Made by a program: the position numbers and the translations under genes. Under the pieces are notes generated by a model. That model was given only the letters and a program-made list of their open reading frames with translations, was not told the origin of the DNA and did no database searches. Shown here in pieces: positions 1 to 10,961 of a stretch of 64,000 bases of DNA. Position 1 is the first letter of the stretch; every line of letters begins with the position of its first letter. Origin of the DNA: Azolla caroliniana (Eukaryota; Plantae; Polypodiophyta); the NCBI GenBank assembly GCA_043228905.1, contig JBHGNT010000011.1, positions 21,762,001 through 21,826,000 on the forward strand. Direction: 5' to 3'.

Positions 1-421
1 CATGTTTGCCAAATTCTCTTCTATGTAGGCTCGAAGGACTTCTAACTAAGTTGGTGACAAGTTGTAGATCGGTCCCATGGTGGCTCTTTTCCTGGTTGTA
101 AATCAATGGGACAATCATACGGTCAATGGTGAGGAAGAGTATTGGCTTGTACCTTATCAAACACGTCGGCATAATGACAATACTTCTCTAGGAGTTGAGC
201 TATGGATTCCTCTTAAGTGGTGTTGGAAGGTTTTACTAATACTACGAATACAAACATCGATTCCTTGCGTCCTTCCTCACGTAATTGATGTAGCAAAATG
301 GTTGAAATTCGATGAGTAGATCCTTGGGTTTGTCGATACCGCATTTCTCTTGTTCTCCAATCTACGTCTGGGCTATGTAATTTGAACCATGGTAAACCCA
401 AGACAATTGGATGCTCTAGAC

Positions 422-664
422 CATAGTACGTAAAATTCGTGTTTGTCTAGCATAACATCTGTTTTCCTACGTTGGAAAACAAATGCGAATGTTATTCAAA
501 TATTCTTGTGTTTTTTTTTGTTTTTTCCCCATTTTTTAGGCATATTTACCTCATAATAAACAGGTAATCCAAAAGTATGGTATTTATCATTCTTTGAGGG
601 TGTTTTTCTTAAGCGAATGTTTCAATCATTCGCGAATGCAAATGCATGTATGGTTCATACTATG
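422..664. mobile_element. Non-autonomous hAT-type MITE inserted in the gypsy protease
   Basis: TIRs CATAGTACG (422-430) and CATACTATG (656-664). 8-bp TSD CTCTAGAC (414-421) / CTCTGGAC (665-672). Removing the element and one TSD restores ISSPEHPIVLGLPW. Internal GCGAATG repeats. Confidence 0.85.
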
Positions 665-997
665 CTCTGGACTACTAATTATATTAGATGATACTACACA
701 CACCAATTTATCTAGGACAATTTGAATCGGCTCTAACTCTTCTACGATATTTCCGGAAGCAATGGGGCGACCATCAATGACTATTACAGATGCTAGGCAA
801 GGAAGCTTTCTTAGGGATATCTGATGAGCTTGGGCAAAATTCCTATCCATGAAGCAAGAATTGGCTCCGGAATCTAAGAGTGCTAAGACATGTACTAGGG
901 AGGTTCTTTTAGTACTAAATGTTACTTGAGCGAAGAACACATTGCTAACTTGCTTAGAGGGAATGGAACCACTAATGGGTTGCACAGATCTAGGGTT

Positions 998-1042
998 GTC
1001 CAACCAAACAACTCCAATTTTGGCTGGACTTAGTCGTTTAAC
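998..1042 (-). promoter_or_regulatory. -1 programmed ribosomal frameshift signal between gag and pol
   Basis: Slippery heptamer G_UUA_AAC (1036-1042), 6-nt spacer containing the gag stop, then an 11-bp stem (998-1008 / 1019-1029). The -1 frame is open into the protease ORF. Confidence 0.75.
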
Positions 1043-4000
1043 TCTTCTTCTAACTGACTAAGGACTTCAAATTTGTTCGATAGACTTGGGCTATTAGTAC
1101 TATTAGGACTATCAGACACTCCTACTGAAATAGACTCGGGTTTAGTACAAGCTACGATTTGATTTACATGTCTTCTTGGCCTATGTGGACAGTTTATTGC
1201 AATATGCCTTGGTCCTTCGCAATAAAGACATACTTTATTTGCTCGACGTCGTTGCTTTTTTTCTTCTGACAATGGTCCACGACGACGTGTGGTGTCGATT
1301 TCCATTGGTGTTGGAGTATTTTCCGGGGATGTATTATATGATTCCCTTGAAAATGGTTTTTCTATGATCGAGGCATATGTGGGCTCTGACCTAGTCCTTG
1401 GCATTTGTAACTGGCGTTCTGAACGTCGTTCAAAAAGTTGGTTATCACATCATACCGCTCGACTGATTGCCTCTGTGAGCGTTTTTGGTTCTTCGGGGAA
1501 AGTTAGGAGATCATTCGTAGGCCGTACTCAAGCAATGCTTGATCATCCCAAGGGATATCGAAGGCAAGTAGATGGAAATCTGCAACGTAAGTGGAGGCTG
1601 GACGATCACCTTGACATAATCATCAGATTTTGTTGATTGCCGTCCTTATGCTATTAGTATCTCCAAAACATGCTTTAAACTCGCTTATAAACTCCTCAAA
1701 ATTATTTAGTAATGGAGATTTTTTTCTAACAATGGAGCGAACCATGCCAAAGCTGAGCCGCACAACAACGTGCCTACCAGACCCACTCGTGATACATCAA
1801 TGGGATATCGGGAAGGATGCATTTGAATGACTAATCGTACATGATTAAGGAATCCTCTAAACTATGATCGCGTTCCATCAAATTTCATAGGAAGGCCGAT
1901 CTTGGGCTCTTTATGAATCCCTTGACTACTTGGCCCTTGTTGTTGCAATGCCGCAATGGTTGCTTCAAGTTGTTGCATCGTAACACTAGCTTCCCATGTT
2001 GTTGTTGCGTTTGCTGCTTTTCTAAAGAGATTTGTTGAAGATCCCCCAATAGATGTTGATTTTCTTGTTCCAATGTGACAAACCTTTCTTTTAAGCATTG
2101 TAGCTCCGAGAAAACATATTGATATTCTTGAGCGCTAACAGTTACCATAGTATTGGAGGAAGGAGGGATAAGAGGATTAGTATGAAGGGAGGGAGGAGTG
2201 AGGAGATAGAGAAATTCGGTTCTAACGGTCAGGAATAGTACTGAAGACGGAGAGGGAATTAACACTAGAGGTAGAGGAGGATGAGTACTATGAGTACTTT
2301 AGAGGAAAAGATAAAAAGATGATGTGGAGAGAGAGAGAGAGAGAGAGAGAGACCAGTTGGTAAGGTTGCCCAATGGAGACCAGGTGGTCATGGGTTCACC
2401 CTCTACATTCCACAGTGGCATCTAGTGAAATAGAGATATATATGAAGTATATAATAGAGAGGTGAGGAAATTGGATTTCGAACCCAAGACACAATGCTTG
2501 TAGTGTTATTGACTTACCTAATTACGAGAGAGAAAGATACAAGAACAACTAGGAATGTTAAGACTGATGTTGAACCTAATTGGTTCTCAATAATGCCATG
2601 TGCCTCTTTCTATAGTGTGCTTTGGAGTATTCTTGGCATTTCTAGTTGGTGGAGCATATCTCCACTTTATTCTCTCTCCAAAAGAGGTGAAGACAAATGA
2701 TGAAGTGTTCAATTATGAAATAGTGTGATCAATTTACAAGTTCATATGATGATACCTTTCCATAATGATTTAGGACTTTATATGATTGGTTGTTTAGGTT
2801 GTAAACTTTTAAAGCAAACTTGTAAGGGTCTCTTGATAATGTAAGATGAATAATCCATGAACGATGATGATATATTTTCTTGTATGTCCTTAGATTTGCA
2901 AATATTTTGAATGAATAGCAATGCCTTGGGTAAGGCTTTATTGTGTCCTCTTTGTGATTTCAAGGTATCAACCTATAAACTTCATATATTTGATAGTGGG
3001 TTCTGTCCTTTAGGAGTATCATTACTCGCCTCTCTCAATGTGAGTTTGAGAGGAATTGTACTCTTACAAGAATGCATTTTTACTTTGATTTGACTTCAAT
3101 TTTATTCATATTATGCACATCAATGCATGTGAATATGGACGGAATTACAAAAGTGTGTATGTCACATAAGTTGGAAAGTTAAGCAACATGGTTTCAATAG
3201 GATCCTTTTAACATCAGTTACTATATTATATAGTTTTACTCAAATACATTAATGATATTGACTTTTACACACTCCCATATGCCAAAGTATATGCTATCAC
3301 CTTTTCATTTTAATTAATTGTTATAACTTACAAGGTTAACAATATATCCATAATGGAAAACATTTGAATATCATAAAATATGTATCTTAGTTTTTTCTAA
3401 AATTCAAATATTTGAAGTTTGTTTATAGTGAGGAATCTGGATGTCATTGGTCAATTATATTAGCTAGATGGGTGAATGAAAACACTTTACTTTAGCATCA
3501 TGAGCATTTATGTTATTCTCTAGCTTTATTGATTATGCTTTAAAAAATTGGCATTAATGATAAAGGATGAAGGAATACATAAATGATTATTTGTATGTTT
3601 GAAATATATGATGATATTCATAATTTTCCACATGGCAATTGTCCATGTATATGTCCACTATTATTACAAATAAAAACTAATGATAAGCTATGAATATTTA
3701 GAAAAAATGGTTTAAGAATGTGTAGCCACATCGACCACCCATAACGAAGGACAAGATACAAACATAAAATAAGTCATAGGTCCTTATGGGTTTGTTCCAG
3801 GTCCTAAGATAACTAGTTTTTGAACTATCCTACCCGTAAACTATTAAAATTAGCTTTGTGATCCTCAAGGGCCAAGACTATGCCTAGATAACTATTGAAT
3901 ATTTTCGACTCAGAACCACTCATGATCAATTAAAGCCTATCATTAACATTGTGTAAATTTGAACCACAACATGGTATTCATAATGTTTCCAAGGAGCAAT

Positions 4001-4430
4001 TGTCCATTATTGAATGTATTTTTGATTTGGGATCATTTATGAACAAAAGCCAATCATTGATTTTGTATACTAAAAAGAACTATGCTATTGGGAATTGACA
4101 ACGGTCGATCTAATGGGGCTCAAGATCAAGACATATGAACTATCTACCAATCAGGACAAGTTTAGAGTATAAACATTGAACATTATATTGCCAATTTCAA
4201 GGGGACAAATTTAAGTAAGAGTTAAACAATCTATGTAATACTCTGAAAAGAAGCGAGTTCATCATAAGTATGAGGAGAGCACATATGTTTTGACCATAAG
4301 AAAGATAAATTTCAATGGTTGCATTCAAATGCAAAATTTTAGAGAATCAATGTTAGTATATTTTTTTCTCCAACAATGGTTTATATGATGTCTAAAGTGA
4401 TGTAAATGATACATGGACACTCCAAAAATT

Positions 4431-4728
4431 TGTTACACTTACATTGTTCCTCGAGTAGCTTTGATGTGAACCATTTTTCCCTATACATGGGCACTTTTTA
4501 CTCTAGTGCTGGCTAGAGGTTTTTTCCCCATGTTACCACATACATGAGTCACTCATATGTGGTAGTACTTAGTACTTAGGGATATATTTCAGCTCCTATT
4601 AGTTTTTGTATCATTCATCAATAGAGAGAGCTATTCCAGGCATTGTCTTCCTTGTGTGAGTGCTTCTTTGTTTGAGCTTCTTGTGTGTGCCTCTTGTGTG
4701 TTTCTCACTCTTCCTCACATACCCAACA
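4431..4728 (+). repeat. Copia-A 5' LTR
   Basis: Starts TGTTACAC, ends CCCAACA; near-identical to 9308-9321 plus 34112-34396. Confidence 0.92.
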
Positions 4729-4729
4729 G

Positions 4730-4742
4730 TGGTATCAGAGCC
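4730..4742 (+). promoter_or_regulatory. Primer-binding site complementary to initiator tRNA-Met
   Basis: TGGTATCAGAGCC, 1 nt after the LTR end. Confidence 0.92.
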
Positions 4743-5015
4743 AAGTTCTTCATCCTCTCCATCTTCGGTTGTCCGCGTCGCGGCATCGCGGCGCGCACAC
4801 ACTTTTTATTGTGCAAATCAACTTCCGAATATAGAGAAGTGTATTTCAGCACTTGGAGCTCATTTTCAGCGGGTACCCTACTGTTTTACCCCCATTTCGA
4901 AGCCATTCGTGTAGTCAAAATCGTCATCCGCGTGATAGTTTGTGAGCTGCATTTTCAACACTCATTTCAGATTTTGTTGAGGTAAGATTTTGCCACTTTC
5001 TTGTTCTTTGGTAAA

Positions 5016-8000
5016 ATGGCAAACAACGGTGACTTGTTTGGCATGCTTCAAGCTGAAGATAAGCTTGATGAAACATGTTCTTGTTGCCAAACAACTATGG
5101 AACATAATGGTAGATGTAGATCGGCGCCCCGCCGGTCCTACTACTTCACAGTCTACTGTCACAGATACAGGTTCATCTTCGAGCACAATGACTTCATCTA
5201 TGCCACCCACACAAGAGCAACTTAGATGGGATGGAAAAGATGCTCAAGCTCATGCATTGATTGCACTTTCTGTGAAGCGTCATATAGTTCCACATATTTG
5301 GTGGTGCTCTATGTCCAAACAAGCATGGGACACTCTTGCTTCGTTGTATGCCATGCGTAACGAAGCACGTGTTGCATATTTGAGAAAGCAACTTGAGGAT
5401 GTATATATGGCTGAAAATGAGTCGGTAGATGTGTATGTGAGACGCATCAAAGATTTGAAAGAGCAATTGGCAAACATTGATGAAATCATTTCGAATACAT
5501 CACTTGTCTCTACGTTGTTGAAAGGATTACCCGAATCTTTTCAAAGCTTTGCTACTACTATTCGTTTGGTTGCAAAAGGGAATACCGATCTGTATGCATT
5601 TGATGAGGTTGTGTCTCTTCTTTTGCAAGGAGAACAATCTAGAGTGAATAGAAGTGGTTTGATAGAGGGAACACAAGCACTTGCTATCTCACAAAAAGGA
5701 AAAAGCAAGCATGGTTCAGCTTTTGGTTCTTCAAAACCAAAGCCTCAACCTCCCTCTTTCACTTATTCCTCTAATGATGGTGATTTGCAAAAGAAGAAGA
5801 GATGCAAATATTGTCGAAAGGTTGGCCATATGATTGAAGAGTGTAGAAAGCTTGTTAAGCGCAATGAGAAGAAGAAGGAATCCGGCATGACCATTTTTGA
5901 AAATGTTTCAAGTGCAAAGAGTGATGAGATTATTGGGCATGTGTTGTTACATATCATTATGATGCATCATTGCACTCTAAATGTATGGTTGTAAGTGAGA
6001 TTGATTCGGATTGGTTCTTTGATAGTGGTGCTTCAAAGCACATTACTTCACATTACTTCATGCAAAAGTTTCTTTGCATCCTTGAAAGATGCACCCAAAG
6101 GTGGACATGTGGTGTGTGCAAACAATGCCTCTTATCCTATCATTGGAGTAGGAGAAATTGAGCTTTCGGCTGCAAATGGAGGTGTTGTCCTCTTAAAGAA
6201 TGTATTGTATGTGCCCGGTATCAAGAAGAACTTAATTTCGGTTCCTTTGATTGCCAAAGCCGGGCTTCATGTACATTTTGTTGATGATAAGTGCATGGTT
6301 CATGATTATAGCAATGGCGATGTTATTGTGATGTCCAGTACATTATGCAATGGCTTGTACCGTTTGGATACATACAAGAGGGCCTCTCTAAATGCCTTGG
6401 CTATCCATACTTCTTCCATGGGCATGCTCGTTTTGGTCACTTGAACTTCAATAGTTTGCTTCACTTACAAAAGAAGGATATGGTTATTGGGTTGCCTACA
6501 CTTGAGTCCATTGAAAAACATGCATGTGAAGGTTGCATTCTTGGAAAAATGCATCGTGCTTCTTTTCCAAAAGATAGTCATACACACACTACAAGAAAAT
6601 TACAACTTGTTCATAGTGATGTGTGTGGTCTTGTAAAGACTCCATCTTTTGGAAAGCATCTATATTTTGTTACCTTCATTGATGATGCTACTCGTCATAC
6701 ATGGGTGTATCCTATGAAAGCAAAGAATGAAGTTTTTTCTTGCTTCAAATCATTTTTAGCTATGGTTGAAAATTTTTCCGCAAATAAGCTCTTGACTCTA
6801 CGCACGGATCGTGGTGGCTAATATATGTCACATGACTTTAATGCTTTTCTTTGTGAAAGAGGTATTTTACATCAATGTACGGTGCCATATACACCTCAAC
6901 AAAATGGTGTTGCAGAGCGCAAAAATAGAACACTCTTAGAGATGGCACAATGTATGGTTAAAGGAAAGCATCTTCCTAACAAGTTTTGGATGGAAGCGGT
7001 TATGTGTGCAAATTATGTGTTGAATCGTTGCCCTACAAAAGCATTGAGAGTCATTATGCCATATGAGGCTTGGAATGGACATAAACCTATGGTTAGTCAT
7101 ATGCGTGTGTTTGGTTGTTTGGCATATGCTCTTGTGCCATCACAACAACGTCACAAACTTGATGACAAGGCAAAGAAATGCATATTTGTTGGTTATAGTG
7201 CTGAAAATGTAAGGGATATCATTTGTATCATCCATTGACGGACACAATTATTGTGAGTCGAGATGTGGTATTTGTTGAAAATTCAGCTTTCCCTTTTCTT
7301 GAATGCAAAAAAACACCCAACAGTTAACTCACAAGATGTGTTTGATACACTCATGCCTTTGTTCCAAAGTGGTGCACTTGACCATGGACATGTAGACTAG
7401 CCAAGTGAGTTTCAAAGGGATGAAAATTTCCAACAAATAAGTGCTGAAAATGCACGAAATGTCCAGCCAAATATGGCTGAACATTTGCAACAAAATGTGA
7501 CTGAAAATGAGCATGAAATTCAGCCCACGCATGATGTACATATTGAAGATGTATTACATAATGAACGTATGGCTATTGAGAGGTCACAAACTATGCCGAG
7601 GTGGCTGAAACAAACTTTGCGAGATAGCAAATTGAGTGCACCTTTACTTGGTAAAACAAGATCAAGCTCTCGCCATGCATCAAGTAATTTTGTGGATTAT
7701 TCTATTGTTGCAATAGCATGTAATGAGGAGCCACTTACTTTTGAAGATGCATGTGATGATCCTCATTAGATGAGTGCTATGCAATCAGAAATGGATTCCA
7801 TTCATAAGAATAGTACTTGGGAGTTATGTGAATTGCCAAAAGGAAAGAATGTGATTGGTACTAAGTGGGTTTACAAGATTAAACAAAAGTCCGATGGTAA
7901 TATTGATTGCTACAAAGCTAGATTGGTTGCCAAAGGATATGCACAACAATATGGCATTGATTATGAGGAAACTTTTGCACCTACTTCACGCATGACTACC

Positions 8001-9261
8001 ATTCGTACCGTGGTCGCATTGGCTGCCCAAAGAGGTTGGAAAATGCATCAATTGGACATAAAAACAACTTTCTTAAATGGTGATTTGCAAGAAGAGGTTT
8101 ATGTGAAACAACCTCCTGGATTTGCTACGAAAGAGAAAGAGCATATGGTTTGTCGCTTGCATAAGGCCTTGTATGGTCTCAAGCAAGCTCCACGTGCATG
8201 GTATGAAAAAATCCATAAGCACTTGATTGCTCTTGGCTTCACATGTAGTCCGATTGAAAGCACACTTTATGTGTGCAAAGATGGGGTTGATCTTCTAGTG
8301 CTCGTTCTTTATGTTGATGACATACTCTTGACTGGGTCATGTGAAGCAAAACTTGATTTTCTTATGGCTGATTTGCAACATACTTTTGAAGTCACTTATC
8401 TTGGTCTTTTGAGCTACTATCTTGGCATCCAGTTTGTATCCGTTGAGGGGGGAATGGTTATGCATCAAGGAAAGTATGTTGAAAAACTACTTCAGCGTTT
8501 TTGACTTTGAGGATTACAAGCCAGTTTCTACACCTGTGGAGAAAGGATTTAGGTTCTCTGTTGAGGATTCTAGTGATGCATTTGATACTTCTCTTTATCA
8601 ACAAGCTGTGGGATGTCTTATATATGCATGCAATACAAGGCCGGATATACAATATGCAGTCTCCCAGTTGAGTCGATTCATGCATAGCCCTGGCACTAAG
8701 CATTGGCAAGTAGTGAAACGTGTGCTTAGATATCTTAGAGGCACTTTGAGCTTGGGTCTCTTTTATGGTAGAGATACTCAACCATGCTTGCATGCTTTTA
8801 TAGATAGTGATTGGGCTGGTTGTTATGATACTCGCGTGTCCACTAGTGGTAATTGCTTTTTCCTTGGAAACTCATGTATATCTTGGTTGAGTAAAAAGCA
8901 ACCTACAATGGCGACATCAAGTTGTAAAGCTGAGTACAAGGCAATTTTCACAGCTACAGTGGAGTGTATATGGCTAAGACGCCTTTTGATGGATCTTTGC
9001 ATGGAGATTGATGTTGCTACACGTATTCTCACAGATAGTCAGAGTGCATTGGCTGTTGCACGGAATCTTGTATTTCATGCATGGACCAAACATATTGAGG
9101 TGCATTATCACTATGTGAGAGAGCGCCTTCATGCAGGAGATATTGATTTGGTATATGTGCCTACACAAGATAATGTGGCAGACATATTCACCAAAGCTCT
9201 TCCACGAGAAAAGTTTGAAGCTTTTCGCAAAGCTTTAGGCTTATTGCCTTGTGGGGGCTGA
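5016..9261 (+). pseudogene. Copia-A gag-pol polyprotein, disrupted (Gag/zinc knuckle, protease, GAG-pre-integrase, integrase, RT, RNase H)
   Basis: CKYCRKVGHMIEEC; WFFDSGASKHI; HARFGHLN...CEGC; LVHSDVCG, FIDD, TPQQNGVAERKNR; YKARLVAKGY, LYGLKQAPRAW, LYVDD; DSDWAG, TKHIEVHYHYVRE. Multiple frameshifts and stops. Confidence 0.92.
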
Positions 9262-9321
9262 TCTGTCACTCCTTGTACATGTTCACATCATTCACTCCAG
9301 GGGGGTTTGTTACACTTACGT

Positions 9322-9970
9322 TGTCGTGAAGAAAACCGTCCCTTAGTGCAATCGGTGCATAACGCGCGTGAACCGGCTCTTCACGCGTGCGCGCCCTTCA
9401 TGTATATAATAGGGAATTAGGTACATAGGTATATCCTGGGTAGTTAGATTCGGTAGGTAGGAAGTAAATGAGGGAGACGGCTCCCTTCTTGACGCTATAA
9501 AGGAGAGGGAGACGCAGGGAGAAGGGATCGCACATTAAGGAGGACGAAGTGCTGTCGGACCGTAACCGAACGCTTCTCCTCTGTTCGTTCTCCATCGCTC
9601 TTCTCTGCAGGTTTTCGGGAGGCTCGCGCTGCTTCGAGGAACGCCCGTGTGCTTCCGGCAGCACCTCCACCCTTTTCTCCTTTCGTGCGCAGACGAACAA
9701 GCATTGACATTTGTTCGCCGGCCTGTTCGGTTGTAACCGCTCACGTGCTCTGTTGTGTATTGGTTATTCGTTAATATACAAACACTTGTGTCTCCCTGTC
9801 TCTGTGTCCATTCGCGTCTTCTGTGTTGACGGGCCGTGCCCCTGTGTTTCTTTGCTCATACGTGACAGTGCGTCTCTCTCTTTCTCTTTCCCCTTCTATC
9901 ACCTACTCTTCGGTTCAAGACCCCGGTGGTCCCGCCTCGTTTCTCCACGCACGTGCGTAGTAACGCGACA
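9322..9970 (+). repeat. Gypsy-A 5' LTR
   Basis: TGTCGTGAAG...AACGCGACA; TATAAA near 9496; near-identical to 33479-34107. Confidence 0.92.
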
Positions 9971-9974
9971 TCTT

Positions 9975-9992
9975 TGGTGAACCCGACGTGAA
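9975..9992 (+). promoter_or_regulatory. Primer-binding site complementary to the 3' end of tRNA-Trp
   Basis: TGGTGAACCCGACGTGAA is the reverse complement of TTCACGTCGGGTTCACCA, the plant tRNA-Trp 3' end as recalled. The same PBS recurs at ~16631 (+) and ~31437-31454 (-). Confidence 0.8.
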
Positions 9993-10015
9993 ACAAGGCG
10001 GCATAGGAGCAGAAG

Positions 10016-10697
10016 ATGAGGGGTTTGGATCTTGCAGAGGCCATGGCTTCGGCCGTGGACTGGATAGTGAGCGCGCGCGAGGGCACCGGCACCCTTGACA
10101 GGGCTATTGAGGCGATCGTCGGTATGATCGGCCGGTTCAGTGGAAAGGATGCCACGAGTTATTTGGCGTCCTACCGGGCGGAGATGTTGATGAGGGATAT
10201 TCCGGAAGAGAGGCGTCTTGCCGGATTTCCTCGAGTGGTGATGCCCGACATCCATGCGGAGGTGCTCGAAGTCCGAGCAGAGAGCCGGACCTGGGAGGAG
10301 TTCGAAGGACGGCTCCTGGAGAAATACGGGCTGGATGACGCGCTTCGACTTTCGAAGCGGGGCTTCATGGAGTGGGTGGAGTCCCCCAACAAAGGAAGAA
10401 ATGCGTCGGTACTCCTCCGGGAGTTTGAGGAATGCTTTGCGCGCCTTTCGGCGCTCGATCGGACCGTTCTGGACACAAGTCGTGTCCTACTGTTTGTCAA
10501 ATCGGTTGACGCACGGGATCGGGGGCAAGTGGGCTCCTTACTGGAAACCGAAGACGGGCTGACGGCCGACTGGGCCGCGGTAAAAAGAGTCTACGGCCGT
10601 TTTGACAAACGGTGGGAGTGGGCTGATACGGAGGCGACCGGGGCGGGACCTGTCGCAGTAAGGAAGCTCGAACCGATACCGCAGGCGCGAAGGGAAG
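10016..10697 (+). pseudogene. Gypsy-A gag, N-terminal part, interrupted by Copia-B
   Basis: IGRFSGKDATSYL...WEEFEGRLLEKY; homologous to the gags at 16671 and 30251-31434; breaks at the Copia-B LTR end. Confidence 0.85.
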
Positions 10698-10929
10698 TGT
10701 CGGGAACTCAATGCTCCTTATGCACAACGCTCGGCAAATAAGAAAGCCCCACACAGAAAAATTACACAGGAGGTTTACGTGGAAAGCCCCACACTAGGGG
10801 AAAAACCACAGCAACCCACAGGCTGCAAACTGTCACTATGTAGGAATGTACAAAATAGTGAGTTCACGGAGGCAACGATCTCGTGCTCACGATCTTCGCC
10901 ACACGCGGCGGTTACAACAGAGGCAGCGA

Positions 10930-10961
<32 letters not shown>

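Larger units (their letters stand above)
1..2148 (-). mobile_element. Degenerate Ty3/gypsy LTR retrotransposon internal region (chromovirus/Tcn1-like): gag, protease and start of RT, running off the window edge
   Basis: Gag motif KEPKIGLPMKFDGTRS; zinc knuckle CLYCEGPRHIAINC; protease ALLDSGANSCF...EHPIVLGLPW; RT leader PYDCPIDLQPGKEPPW near 80-130. Several stops and frameshifts. Clade assignment is by resemblance only. Confidence 0.85.

Noticed and set aside
2350-2525. Two tRNA-box-like motifs (CAGTTGGTAAGG...GGGTTCA on +, GGTTCGAAATCC on -)
   Set aside because: No cloverleaf and incomplete A/B box pairs; LTR boundaries here could not be defined.
3700-4300. Possible LINE RT traces in AT-rich sequence
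   Set aside because: Too degraded; no unambiguous motif.
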